Source: Paragordius varius
Lineage: Eukaryota > Animalia > Nematomorpha
Reading direction: 5' to 3'
Length of the DNA stretch: 64,000 nucleotides
NCBI GenBank assembly: GCA_964247055.1
Contig: OZ176057.1
Span: 930,001 to 994,000 of the forward strand
The translations under genes were made by a program, and so were the position numbers. Below are positions 48,889 through 62,172 of the stretch, in pieces; the stretch's first letter is position 1, and the number at the start of each line of letters is the position of its first letter. The notes under the pieces are model-generated. The model ran no database searches, was not told where the DNA came from, and saw nothing but the letters and a program-made list of their open reading frames with translations.

Positions 48889-50705
48889 GCCCCAAATTAT
48901 ATACCATTTGCACTTCAAGAGTGTCCATGAACATTTCAAGTTGGTCGTTGACTTTTTTGCTATGATTTTAATTTTTATCAATTAAATGGCATATCATTCA
49001 TTTATTTCATCATATTATACTATTTTGAATTATTTAATTAATTTCAAGAATTAGATTTTAATAAATTTTTTATTAGATGCATAACATATATATATTAATA
49101 TATCCAATAAAATGGGTAGATTTTTCAATGCCTTTGTCCCAGTATACTCAATATGCAAAAAGTGCGCAGATATTCAAAAATCTAAAAAATATAGTTAAAT
49201 CTATTGCTTACCTTCTAAAAAACTTTGGATTTTACATGTGTGTTCCGGATATATTTTTTGAAGCGGTTTAATGCAAGAGATTGATACAATTTCTAAAACC
49301 TCTAAATTATTTGTTATAGATACTAAATTTTCTGTTTTTTAAATTGAAGGAATCAAAAACAGGGTAAATTTTTTTATTTCACAAAGTATCTAAATTTCAA
49401 TTTGCATGACTCAAATAAATCTAAAATAGTTGTGTAATACCTATTTCTTATAAAAAATCTTTATATTTTGCATGCATGTTTAATATCTACTTTCAAAAGG
49501 GGTGTAAACATTTTTTATGTTAAAAGATTGAACTCATACTTTATATTATTTGTTAAATATACTTTAATTTCTATGCTCCAATTTACAGAACACAAAATTT
49601 GCAATCCTTTTAAAATGACACTTTGGATTTTTAATAGTCTAATAGGAGCAGTATTATGATAATGTATGCTGTGTATTTAAATATGTAAGCATAAGAACGT
49701 AAGTAATACTTCCTTGAACATGTTAATCTTGTAGAATTTAACTTTATACCAAATTGACACATAAGGCATATATTGCGATTTCAATAAAATATTTATTTTA
49801 TTGTTTAAAAATATTCACTTGTAATTGATCAAAAATACATATATCTATATACTGTAAATAAAGTGGTGTAATGTATAATAATAATTAATAAAAATTTAAT
49901 TTTGCGTTCGATTATCTAATATCTATATGTCTAATAAGAGAGAATAAACTAAAAATAAAATACTAATAGTTTTACATAAATGATAATCATAAATAAAAAA
50001 TAGAAATGTTTAAGATACCCAATTATAACAAACATATTTCAATATAATTTACACAAAAATGAAGCATTTAAACATATTGTTTTTTATATGGATAAATACA
50101 TCAGTCCTTCACTTTTTTATGTTTTGTCTCTATAATGTCAGTTTTTACTAAAAACTAAAAATTGAGGACAATTGAAGCGAATGAGTTTTAAAAGAATGTA
50201 AGGCGATATGATATGTAATGAAATGATATGCAGAAAAAATTGAATTTATACGGACAAAACGTTGTAAAAATATAAAGAAAAAATTATTTTTCAAAAGACA
50301 ACCATACTTTTTAAACCTTAAAGTATACTATAAATACCATTTAATTACATTCGTATAATACATAAATGATTGTCTTACCTGTAAATTTTTACATTTTGAT
50401 TTATATATTCCAAATATACTAACCGGTAAAGCTGTTTTTCGATTCTCTATTTTTTACTTTGCAGTTAAAACAAATCAGTTATGATTAAAAATTGAGGATT
50501 TAAAAAGTATAATTGTTTTTTAGGAAAAAGTTGTCTTCATATTTTTACGTTCCGTATAATTTCAATTTTTGTCAATCTTTTATAACCATTCTGCATTCAA
50601 AATGTTATAAAACAAAGGATTAAAAAGAAGTGTACATTTAAAAAGCGAGAAAGTTTAAAGTTTATGAAATTATTAATTTCGTGTGCGTTCTTGCATATGG
50701 CGACT

Positions 50706-51750
50706 TTATTTACGACCATAACCCCAAGGACCTCTGTTATATCCACCCCATCCTGGATAACCCCAACCTCTATATCCATACCCATAAGGGCGGCCCCACC
50801 TATTACCTCCGCTATACCAACTATTGTAATAATTGTAGGGCTGATACCAACCCCATCTTTTATTCCGTTTATTTTGGCCTTTTTCATCTCTGCTCTTAAA
50901 GTCAGCAAAGTTCATATTTTCTTCCACACTTCTCCGTTCGTGTTTGGCATCCATTACAACATCTATTTTTTATGGGGGGCGAAATATATAAATTAGATGG
51001 CGTAAATATTGGATTAGATACGAATATTAAGTATTTAACTAAATGAACGAGGTATATAAATTAGATTAAAATTCTAAAACTATAAAATATTTTGACATAT
51101 CATTGACTATACAATCTAAAATTGCGTGTTGAATATAATAATAATCTATATTAAACATAATAATACTTTATTATATAACTAGTCTGCAATATTTGAGATG
51201 GCCTGAAAATGTAAAAAGGGTAAGATTAAATGTTTAAGGGTGTATGAAATGTAGATTTGAATTTGAAATGTTTTAAGTTAATTAAAAGAGCTGAATTTAA
51301 GTGGAAATGCTGTGTATTACTTTAATTATATATTTATATATATACCATTTTTTGCAACCTCATTGGACCCGATATTTTTGTCAGGTAAAGATAATCCATT
51401 TACAATGTTTATTGACGCAAGGCATAGAACGAATAAACAAGCCTAAAAAATATAATACAGTAAATCTTAAAGTTATATAGAGATAAAAACACAAATACAG
51501 TAAATATAATTGATTTTTTACCAAAATACTCAATTACCTACTTTGCGATTTCAAACAATGAGTGTTATTTAAATAAATCAGTATTTTAAAAGTATAGTTG
51601 TTTTGGAAAGAATATTTGCCTTTATATTTTTAAGTTTTGTCCGTATAATTTAAATTTTTACTGTATTTCTTTCTAAAAACCCATTCATAATTTTTAAACT
51701 TAGATTTTTTTAAATAGAACTACATTCATGGTCACCCAATATATATTCAT
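50706..51750 (-). CDS. Secreted prepro-peptide, 122 aa, releasing a Gly/Tyr/Trp-rich cationic peptide with a C-terminal amidation signal
   Basis: Exon 3 50706-50962 and exon 2 51346-51442 join in phase 1 (G+AT = Asp). Candidate exon 1 51736-51750 (MNIYW, GTGACC donor). Spliced N-terminus MNIYWACLFVLCLASINIVNG is signal-peptide-like, RNKR precedes WGWYQPY..., and the C-terminus is Y-GRK-stop. Exon 1 is the least certain part. Confidence 0.75.
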
Positions 51751-52983
51751 TAAAAATTTTATACGGACAAAACGTCGTAAAAATATAAAGACATTTTTTT
51801 AAAGACAACATGCTTTTTCATACACAATTTATCCTATTAAAATCATTTAATAACAATCCTTAAATATGTAATTGGATTGTGTTACCAATATACATCTCTA
51901 TTCTATACTTTGTTGTTAAACTATGAGTTATAATTAAAATAATTAAGATTCAAAAAGTATGGGTATCTTTCAGAAAATATTTATCTTTATTTTTTACGTT
52001 TTGTCCGTATGATTTCAGTTTTTACTGTAAGTTACGTTTTTCCATATGAAATGGATTTATGCAGATAAAACAAAATTAAAATAATATTCTTTAAAAATAA
52101 CAACTATAAACTTGATTTTTCCAAAAAAAAACTATGTAATTAAACTTTTTTATATATAAATATCAACAACTTACATTTCAATTCTCCATTTAGTAACCCA
52201 AAATAAGTTATGACAAAATGATTGATTTATAGATATAGTAAAAATTGCAATTATACGGACAAAACGTAAAAATATAAAAAATATTTTTTTAAAACCATAT
52301 TTTTAAACCTTAATGTTTCCTACATAAGCTATTTTTATTGTAAAAAAATTGTCTTTATATTTTTACGTTTTGTCCGTATAATTTCAATTTTTACTGTAAA
52401 TGTCTTTTAAAATATTTGTCTTATAGTTTTAACTTTTTGTCAGTATTTACACCGAATAATGTAGAAAAAATTGAATTATACGGACAAAACGTAAAAATAT
52501 AAAGACAAATATTTTTTTCCAAAGGATATCCATACTTTTTTAAACCTTAAAATTTCTCATATTAACTATATAAATACAATTATAAATGTATAATTGATTG
52601 TGTTGGTAATTTATATATATACTTATATATAAATCTATTTCTATTTTTTACTTAACTATTCAAACAATGAATTATATTTAAAAAATCAAGATTTAAGATG
52701 TATGGTTATCTGTTGGGATTTTGTCTTTAGTTTTTGATTTTGTCCATATAATTTACACCGTATAATATTTAATTACATAAATTACTTTCCAAAATGTCAG
52801 AATAAAATTCATTATGTATTGCTAAGCTAGGCAGGAGTGTCCAAAATTTTGCTGTGAAAAATTAAAAAATTAAAAATAAAATGACTGTTTTATATTAATT
52901 GTTTAATTATTATAAATAATAAACTCGCTAACTCGAAGCTACTTTTTTTTCAAATTATTATTATTGTTTGATAAATAAAAGAC

Positions 52984-52984
<1 letters not shown>

Positions 52985-53031
<47 letters not shown>

Positions 53032-53093
53032 GTAAAGACATAAATTATATTTCGAAACTGTGCTTCGATCATGATTAATCGAAATTATATATA

Positions 53094-53130
<37 letters not shown>
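52985..53130. repeat. (TA)n microsatellites; similar tracts at about 10229, 29858, 36238, 37123, 37830, 41106
   Basis: Direct reading; several tracts abut MITE ends. Confidence 0.9.
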
Positions 53131-53133
<3 letters not shown>

Positions 53134-53929
53134 TTTTAAATGAAAAATTTATAACCCTTACACCTTTAAGGTATAATTTTTTTAGAGTAAAATATTTTAG
53201 ACAATCAACCCATTTGCGAAAAAAATTCCTTAAACAATTAATTAATTAAAATTAATTATGCAAAAAAATAGCTATTGTTTTCATAAGAGTTGCTGAGTAA
53301 CCAAAATGTCTCTTATTTAACTTAATTATTTTTACCAACAAATTAAATTTTTGATAATTATTTAAAACATAGGTGTTGTTCAATACAAATGGCTTGGGGC
53401 CGCATTTAAAACATATATGGCATATTTATAAATATTTGGATTTTAGACATAAAACACTGTAAACATTTACAGTAAAAATTGAAATTATACGGACAAATCG
53501 TAAAATTATAAAGACAAATATATTTTTCCAAAAGACAATGATAATTTTTTAATCTTGGTTTTTTAAATATAAGTCATTGTTTAAAATGGAAAAATGTGTT
53601 ACAGAGATATATATTACTAACACAATCAATTCTATATTTTACAGTTGCGATTAAATAGCTTAGCAACCCAAACCGATGTGGTTGATTTATAATTGAAATA
53701 AAGTTATGTCCTTAAAACTCTTACTATTATCTATAAATGTGGCCAATAATTTTATTTTTGACATATTATGGTTGATAAAAATTTATGAAAATTTCTAAAA
53801 TTTAAATATTTTAAATTATAATTTTAGTTATGCATTGCTACAGTTGAGGTCGACTTTTTGCAATGTGTATAAATAAAATTTCTCCATAGATTGGAAATTT
53901 TTTATTTTAATGTTGAGTTCTTTTGCCAA

Positions 53930-54230
53930 GATTTCATTTGTTTCCTATAGAATATTATCCAATACCTTACTTGTCCCATTAAACTTTCCTAACATTCCTG
54001 ACTTTTTTTAATGAGTTAGATCTCATAAAGTGGCCAAAGTAGGATAATAGTGATATACCGATTTTTTAAAAATCGTGTTGTTAGCTATTTTGTTCGTTCA
54101 TTTTATTTGCAGGCAGTTTTCTCCACATCCAGAGTTCAAAGGAGTTATTCCGTTCTAAGATTTTTTTAAAGTCCAACCTTCACCACACATATAGAGAAAA
54201 GTTTGAAAAATGATTGCATATGTAGAATTT
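53930..54230 (-). mobile_element. Decayed RTE LINE 3' fragment
   Basis: Minus strand reads LYMCGEGWTLKKS, KITNN-like IANNTIF, YFGHFMRSNSL and MLGKFNG with stops and frameshifts, matching the RTE C-terminal region. Confidence 0.65.
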
Positions 54231-55577
54231 TAGTTATAAAGCTTAGATCATGGGATTCCCAAATTTTGTTATAAATATTTGCCGCTGTTTCGGTTATAGT
54301 AATAATCAATGTCGAATGTATAGCTGTTTTTATCTAAAAAATATTATTATCTTTTATTTTTACGTTATGTCCGTATAATTTCAATTTTCATTATCATCCA
54401 AATTACAAATGTTTAATATATTATAATTCTGAATGAATCCAATTCTAAGCGGCCTATATAAGAAAATTAAACCTATACAAACCAAAAGTAATAATTATTG
54501 TAAAAATCGAAATTATAAGGACAATAATTTTTCCTATCATTAATTTTTTTTATATAACTATTTAATTGTAATTTTGATGAGTTGTTACATTTTTTCTGTA
54601 AAGAATTTATAGTTTAAATAATATTTTTTCTTTGTTCTTTACTCAAATATGATTTCAATTCACAGATAACTATATGTACTATTTTCAGTTCGTTTTCGTT
54701 ATGATATGCATAAACTAATTGTATAGTTATATATGATTATAGTTTAATTAATTAGATGGCGCTTAAGAAATAGAAAATATTAATTAAATTCTTTATATGA
54801 GTTACGATGTAACTTATATATAGATGTTAATCTTAAAACATTTAATTAATGAAGTATTTTAGTTGTAATTGTTAAGGTTATATATTTAATCATAAAATAA
54901 AACTCTATGGCCTTTGAGAAATTATTACAGTAATTGATAAAAATTAATATCAAGAATATTTTTTTATATATGACAAATTTTTTAATAACGACATAACATA
55001 AGGATTATTATCATCTTACTTTTCAATTAAAACGTTGTAATTATTATCAAGCATTAGGTGGCTTTAAAAAGTTTTAAATGAGTTTGCAATTTGTTGTGCC
55101 ATTTATTTAATACCATTTACAGTTCGAATTCACCCTAAAAATAAATTATTTTTGAACTAATATAACTCATTATTAATATCAAATATATGTTTATGTTATA
55201 GTTTATTATTTTTCAGTATTATTTTAATTTAAAACAAAATTATTTTTAAAAAATATATAATAATATTGGTAATTTTTTATATTAAAAAACATATATATGA
55301 GAGTAAATTTGAATTGTTTGAGGGTGAATTAGAATTGTTCAAGGGTGAATTTGAATTGTTTAAGGGTGAAATTAAATTGTAAATGGTATATATAAAGATG
55401 ACGTTTTCTGCCAAAAATATTAGTGAGTAATTAATTATATAAGCCCTATCCTGCCTAATGGATAAAGGAGATATAATAATTGGCTTGATCTAAGTACAAT
55501 CAGTTGCACTCTCCAGGCCTCAGAACTTAATTGATCTTAAGTTAAAAATAGTCAGTATATATAAATACAACCTCCTG

Positions 55578-55660
55578 ACTGACAATATTTGCCCGTGTTC
55601 ATTAGGTGTGACTGATGGATCCACAACAAGGACGAAACGCTACTGACAATATGACCCGTG
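55578..55660 (+). ncRNA. Degenerate hammerhead-ribozyme-like motif
   Basis: CTGATGGATCC-ACAACAA-GGACGAAAC at 55612-55638 versus the canonical CTGATGAGTCC-loop-GGACGAAAC; flanked by a direct repeat ACTGACAATAT..CCCGTG. Confidence 0.4.
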
Positions 55661-57343
55661 GTAATGTAAATTTTCGTTTTCATATACTATTGCTTAATAG
55701 GAAGTACTATGTATGACATCTAATTGCAGAGGTAGGCTACTAATAATAATCTAAATCTTATGTCTTATGGATTAATTAGTATTTATTTTGATTAAAAGTT
55801 ACCTCCGTGTTATATTAATAAATACACGGCATTCTCATTGATTACATCCTTATATATTCGTACATATATATCTTTAAAACTTCGATGCTCAATATTTTAT
55901 CTCACAATTTTAAAAAAACTACTGAAGGAAACGGTCCAATTTAAATTTATGCTTCTCTGCTTTTTAAACATAAGCTAAAATATCTAGATAAAACTTAGTT
56001 TCGGAAAAAATGTTCCGTATCAAACTATTTGGACGCCATTACAATTTTACCGCATCATTGAAAAATATCGTGTTTATTTGATTACAAACCTAAAACTAAG
56101 TGTAATTTTAAAATCACATTTAACCTTGATATAAAAAGATAAGTGGTATGTTCTCATTATTTTTATATTAAGCCTATGCTCACATGTCATGTTGGCTAAA
56201 TTTTTGCCTTTGGGTTCTACCTCTGAATAAATATTATCAACTATTTTTGAATCATTTTTTATTATATTCGGTTCATTAATGTTATATAAAATGGTTCCAA
56301 TTTATATCATATTGGTTGAAATATTTAATTATCAAGCCTAGGGTTAACTACCCCATAAATCCGAGGACTCAAATGTATGTTGTATTTGTTGATATATATA
56401 ATTGTAAAATATTTTAATATGATTTTTCTTGCTTACTTTTTAAAAGTAATAAATAACATTGTTCCAACAATGTATCCAACAAAAAATTTTTAATAATATA
56501 TATTTATTTAAAGATTAAGTATTCAATAAATTTTGTTGATGAGTTCAATAAAGGTAAGGGTACTTCTTTCAAAATACGCAGTTTTATAAATCAAGGGTCT
56601 GGGGGAGATTTTCCTGGTGTACAACAAATAAAAATGTCAAGACTACGGAATGAAAAAAGACTTCAAATATAGTACATTTTGAAAAAGTCAAATAACTGGT
56701 ATTTTTAAAACATACTATAAACATCTTAACACTGTCTTGTGATTACGATAAAAATCCCATTTTAATTTGATAATATTGGGTATTAAATCCCTTTACGTTA
56801 CTGCTTAATTAAGGCCTCAAGACTTAAATATGCTATGTATTTGCCCCAAAATATTAGCTAACTCAATTTCCCAGGATTTGATTAGCTATTACTACACGTT
56901 CTGTCGGTTTTATACCCATAAAACAGGGATATTTTACAAAAGGTGAGGATAAACGTTCATGGACCTATCACATAAAAAATATTCTCGGTAAAACCCCATT
57001 ATATATCCCTTACATAAAGTTAATAAATGTATCATCCATAATATTAAAATTTTACTGATAAAAACAATAATAAATTATAGCGATCGATTTTCATACTTGA
57101 TTATATTAGTTAATTCTGTCTTAAACTTTTGAGTCTTATAAAATATTGTACTTATTGTTATAAATATATCCGCAATAGAAGTCCACTATAATGAGATGGT
57201 TTTTAATTATATAATGCCGAGGTTAGCCCTTAAAATTAATATCCTAAATAGTACATTAAAAAAATTTATAACGCTTAATTTGCTTTGACATTATGTGTTT
57301 AGGGAATTATTTTTGTAAAGCGTATTTTATGTAACTTCTTTAA

Positions 57344-57886
57344 CGCTTCAATTTAAATTGGGGTATCTAAATACCCCAGACTAAATTGAAATTAATATTT
57401 TTAAAAAAAATACTGAAGCAAACCGTCCCAATTTAATTTTATGCCTCTAACCTAATTATTTATATAAATATGCAAAAAAATTTATATAAAATTTTGTTTT
57501 GAAAAAAATTCCATATCAAACGACTTCGACGCCATTTTTATTTTGCAGAATTTTTGCAAAATATCGTTTTCATTTAGTTTTAAGGTCAATAGTAAAGCTA
57601 ATTTTTTATTAAAATTATATCTAACATTGATAGAAATAGAAAAAGCAGTTTATTTTGTATTATTTTTTAATTTTCCTATTTCACACATGTTATGGTGACA
57701 AAATATTTACCTTTCGGTTTTCGCTTAAAATAAGTAATATTTTTGAATAAAATTTTATATATATTACGGTTTATTAATGTTATATAAGTGCAAAATTATG
57801 CCATGGTTTCGATCTCTTCTATACTTCTTAAAGTATTAAGTTTTAAACAGGCCTGGGGTATCCAAACCCCAATTTGAATCGAATGA
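57344..57886. mobile_element. piggyBac-like (TTAA-flanked) MITE; related fragments at about 1190-1560, 11510-11620, 25250-25357, 55960-56215
   Basis: Inverted ends containing AAATTGGGGTATCTAAATACCCCAG / CTGGGGTATCCAAACCCCAATTT; shared internal motif AATCAAATAAACACGATATT; right TTAA degenerate. Confidence 0.5.
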
Positions 57887-58094
57887 CTAAAATGAGTGTC
57901 CTGTCTCCAAGTGTTAAATATCAATGATGCTGAACATATCTATCACGTTGGAAATTAATTTATGCGATTCGTTACCCTAAATTTTTGATATAATTTGATT
58001 TACACTTTAAAATTTATCCCTAGATAAGAAAACTATCATAAAATGGAAAACCTTTAAAAATAATATCTAATATTATATTTTTCACACATTCATA

Positions 58095-60946
58095 ATGAGC
58101 GGCATTGCTATAAGTCGACTTACTGAAGAAAGGAAAGCTTGGAGAAAGGATCATCCTTTCGTAAGTTTATTAATTTTAACTTTTTGAATAAATTTTTCAT
58201 CTTTTAGGGATTTGTTGCAAGACCCTCAAAAAATGATGATGGAACTTTCAATCTTATGAATTGGGAATGCATAATTCCAGGCAAAAAGGGAACACCTTGG
58301 GAAGGTGGTAATTATAAACTTCGTATGATCTTTAAAGATGATTTTCCATCTACTCCACCTAAATGTAAATTTGAACCACCTCTGTTTCACCCAAACATAT
58401 ATCCCTCAGGTACGGTGTGCCTTTCATTACTTGACGAAGAAAAGGACTGGAGACCAGCTATTTCCATCAAACAAGTTTATTGGACTTAAATTTTTATTCA
58501 TATTACTGTGAAATATTGAAAACAATTTAAAAACATTTATATAAACCGTTTTTCTTACAACATATAATATTGATAGCGAATTATTGAATAAAATATATTA
58601 TTCAACACAATATATTTATCATTTAATTTTTACGTAGAAACAATTGAGTTTTTAAAGACATGTCTGTCTTTTAGGCGAAAATTTTTTTTTATTTATAAAT
58701 TCTAATACTTTATCTTAGTTAAATTTTTTTGCATTAGATACTTTTAGGCATTCAAGATCTCCTAAATGAACCGAACATAAAAGACCCGGCACAATCGGAC
58801 GCATATCTTATTTATTGGTGATTTTATTTCATTATAAATTTTTTAAAAAAACCAACTATTTTAAATTGTTAAATTAAGAACTTTTAATATTATTTGTAAA
58901 AAAAATTAAATTTAGGAATACAAATTTAAACGATACGCATGGAATTAACTAATATAACCTCAAATCGAATAAAAATGATATATAAAATCAAATACTCCTC
59001 AATTCATTATACAATGTAATTAGTTAAGTTGTTTGGTTTTTTGTGTGCGCATGCTTATCATCATTAACTTTTAAGTAAATTTGGAATTAAAAAAATAAGA
59101 TGGCCTTTAAATTAACTAAATATGATTTTTTCGAGAAAGAACATATGGGGAACCACCTTTTTTTAGGGTGTGACATCGAAACCGCGTTGTTTAAAAATAT
59201 ATATAATTTTAAATGGAACTTTAAACTAAAATTTTATAATCAAGATTATAAACTCTCTTGTTTATAAATCCTGCATTTTTATGCAATACATTGCCCATAT
59301 ATTTTTCACAGATATTATAAATTAAAATGGGATTACATATTTGATTGGTATTAGGCAGCTCTTAAATTCTAAACTTTTTAAATATATGGTGGTATAGGTT
59401 GAAATTTTAAACTGGCCTTTGTTGTTACTGCACTGAAAAGATCTTATAAATGAAAATTTTAATATTAGTTTAAATTCATCAGCAATTAAACTTATTTAAA
59501 ACATGAATTTTCGATTAAGAATTTGCCACATAACGGTAAAATTATAGCATTGAGACAAATATTTTATTTTAAAAACACCGCTGTATTTTTTTAAACTTGA
59601 TTTTTTAGCCATAACTCATTGTTTTAAATTGCAAAGTATGAAAGAGAGATATAAATTGTTACATAAACAATAGCATATATATATACCATTTGCACTTCAA
59701 AAGGTCCTTGAACACTTCAAGTTGGTCTTTGAACATTTCAAGTTGGTCCTTAAAATTTATAAATTTTGAGTTAACCATAATTTTTGCATTTATTTTTTAA
59801 TTTTATTATTTATTAACCGAATTTTTTTCATTTATTATATTTTTCAGTTAAATAAAAATTTTTACTTAAAAACCACTTTTTTGTTTCAAACAATTTTTTT
59901 TCAATTGAACAAAATTATTGACTCTTAAATGTTTTATAAGAAAAAATTTAAATCAATAACTTGGAAAACTTATATATTTTTTCATTTCGTGTTATCTTAT
60001 TAATATCCAAAATTATATTAAGAAATTAATAAAGATATACGGTTTATTAAAGATTACAAGTTGATATCGATTTAAAATTTATGTTAAATAATAGAAAATA
60101 GGTTAAAAACAATAAAAAAGATAAATTATTTACGATTTGATTGATAAAAGTTAAAAACAAAACAAAAAATCAAAGGACCAACTTGAATTGTTCAAGGACC
60201 AACTTGAAGTGTTCAAGAACCAACTTGAACTGTTCAAGGACCAACGTGAATTGTTCAAGGACACTCTTGAAGTGCAAATAGTATGAGTAAGTATGCATTG
60301 CTATAACGTTATTAATTATTGCCGAATTGCATATACAACAAAGGGCAGTATTATTAGCTTAATTTTTTTCACTTTTACTATTATTTGTTAATAATAATTC
60401 TCTTTGCTCCATATGCTTGGCAATGATAAATAACTTTCTAGCTTTACATACTTTCTCCTACTGTGTATTTTCAATTGTAAAGTATAATTGAAATTACACG
60501 GACAAAACGAAAAATATAAAGACAAATATTTTTTTAAAAAGACAACCAACCATACTTTTTTAAACCTTAATGTTTCCTATATAAGTTATTTAATAATTAT
60601 TGTATATTAATTAATTGTATTAGTAATATACATCTCTATAACACACACTTTACCATTTCAAACAATGAGTAATATTTTAAAAGAAATCAAGATTTTAAAA
60701 TTGTCTTTTGGAAAAAAGTATTTTTCTTTATTGGTTTACGTTTTGTTTGTATTTAATTTTTTACTGTATTTAATTAGTTTATATCGAAAAAGTCATAGTC
60801 TATACAGAAATTTTTATTTAAATGTTTTTACGTTTTGTCTTTATAATTTCAATTTGTAATTTTTATTTTACAGTTCTAACCGTATGGAATATGAAAAAAG
60901 GGTGAAGGCACAAGCTAAAGAAAGGAGCACAGTTACTCTCACATAA
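58095..60946 (+). CDS. UBE2I: SUMO-conjugating enzyme UBC9, 4 exons, 161 aa
   Basis: Exons 58095-58160 ([22 protein letters not shown]), 58208-58474 ([16 protein letters not shown]...[15 protein letters not shown], catalytic Cys), 58738-58817 ([19 protein letters not shown]), 60874-60946 ([14 protein letters not shown]). GT-AG introns with consistent phases. Confidence 0.96.
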
Positions 60947-62172
60947 GATACCCACAAATATTTGTCCATATTCTCAATACATTACAAATCTAAATATTTT
61001 TTTGTTTTATATGAAAATCATTACAGTATGAATGCATATTAATGTTATTCAATTCATATTACTATGGTTTGACATATTGGTAATACAGTAGCGTATGATA
61101 TAAAACGAATTTCGTCCATAATTGAGTAAAAATAAATGTTGTAAGATATGACGAATTATGTAATTTCGACATTTTTTGCATCTTATTCATACGCTGCCGT
61201 ATTATCAATTGACCTAAAATTATGTGAAATTTGACCAACTTTAATGTGCGCGCCTCTACTGAATAACCAAAATTTAAAGCGTATTTCCACATAATGACGC
61301 TCAAGATACTTTATATATGGACAACCTTTAAATATTAAAAAGCAAACAAACCACATATACGGATGTGATAATATTTTTAGTAACAATTGTAAAAGATGAT
61401 TTATTTTTTAATTTTAACGTTTTCAGTGTAGACAAGCCGGATCTTTGTAATACTATTTTCTTTGATGAGATGTAATCAACTATATATATATATATATATC
61501 ACATTTCTCTGTAAATAAATATTAAATTTTATACCTTTTATCCTATGTAATAATAAAATTTGATTTAAACTTATTTGCTACGAATATGATGTGGGTAAAA
61601 AATCTTTTCATTCTAATTTTAATGGTTGAGATATGCCATTTGAACTTCAAGAATGTCCTCCTTGAACACTTTAAGTTGTCATAAACACTTTTATTTTATT
61701 TTTAACTTTGATATGTCAAATCGTTTATATTTCATCTTTATCATTTTTTACATATTCCCCTTATATATAAACTTTTAATTCATCTATTTAATTATTCAGA
61801 AACCGTATCCCTTTATAACTTTCTTGATAAATATTCCTATACCAATAAGTTATTAACATGTAAATTAGAAATATCAATTTTTCTGGGTAATTAATTAGAA
61901 TCGTTCAACATTTTATAAGTTAATTATTGAATTAAAAATTAGTTTACAAAAAAATTGGTAAATGAATAAATATAATATAAGAAATAAAGAAAACTAGGGT
62001 TAAAAATAATAAAATAAATTATGCAAACATTATGGTTAAATCCAAATTTAAAGATTTTAAGGACCAACTAGAAATGTTTAAGGGCCAACTTGAATTGTTC
62101 AGGGCACTTGAAGTGCAAATGGTTTAATTTACATAAAGATTAAATAAAAATATCGGATGCGATTATCTAAGA

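Larger units (their letters stand above)
12489..55386. mobile_element. MITE family A (TA|CCATTTACAATTCAA ends; 21-bp subterminal repeat TTGAACAATTCAAATTCACCC), about 15 copies
   Basis: Copies at about 12489-12774, 13029-13270, 13744-15800, 17425-17762, 18864-19144, 28451-28714, 29462-29734, 34296-35332, 37261-37497, 37884-38228, 39979-40197, 41432-41760, 42001-42510, 44359-44627, 55113-55386. They share a common 200-250 bp core in either orientation, flanked by TA. Confidence 0.9.
1..60463. mobile_element. MITE family C (CAGTATGAGTAAGTA ends, internal AAAGGGCAGTATTATT hairpin), 4 copies
   Basis: Copies at 1-143 (truncated by the window), 5300-5477, about 36784-36975, 60280-60463. Confidence 0.75.
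16850..60860. mobile_element. MITE family D (TA|CAGTAAAAATTGAAATTATACGGACAAAACGT long TIRs, about 250-300 bp), more than 15 copies or fragments
   Basis: Examples at about 26290-26582, 33471-33770, 33987-34278, 35752-36039, 43125-43373, 45071-45353, 45630-45889, 48425-48661, 50240-50570, 51755-52027, 52237-52397, 60475-60855; CAGT ends with TA flanks are Tc1/mariner-like. Confidence 0.85.
13529..61198. mobile_element. Small MITE family G (CAGTAGCGTATG ends, 110-140 bp), 3 copies
   Basis: Copies at about 13529-13668, 40203-40315, 61086-61198. Confidence 0.6.
5487..62122. mobile_element. MITE family B (TA|CCATTTGCACTTCAAG ends; 21-bp repeat TTGAACAATTCAAGTTGGTCC), 5 copies
   Basis: Copies at about 5487-6287, 31234-31838, 48904-48960 (fragment), 59686-60279, 61636-62122, with a shared 450-500 bp core. 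Confidence 0.9.

Noticed and set aside
50597-50996. Overlapping ORFs 50597-50908, 50664-50996 and 50681-50899
   Set aside because: Alternative-frame shadows of Gly/Tyr codons. Only the 50706 frame has splice, signal-peptide and processing-site support.
51341-51350. MITE terminus AAATG|GTATA resembling real donors (peptide exon 2, PANK4 exon 9), suggesting introner activity
   Set aside because: The match is only 8-10 AT-rich bases, no 21-bp repeat follows, and the MITEs lack GT...AG ends
53971-53979. ATGGGACAA|GTAAGG as first exon (MGQ) of the peptide gene
   Set aside because: It lies inside a decayed RTE fragment and has an out-of-frame ATG just upstream. The closer MNIYW exon is preferred but unproven.
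56200-57000. GC-richer block upstream of UBC9 as a coding region
   Set aside because: All frames are interrupted and no motif is recognisable; possibly old TE debris
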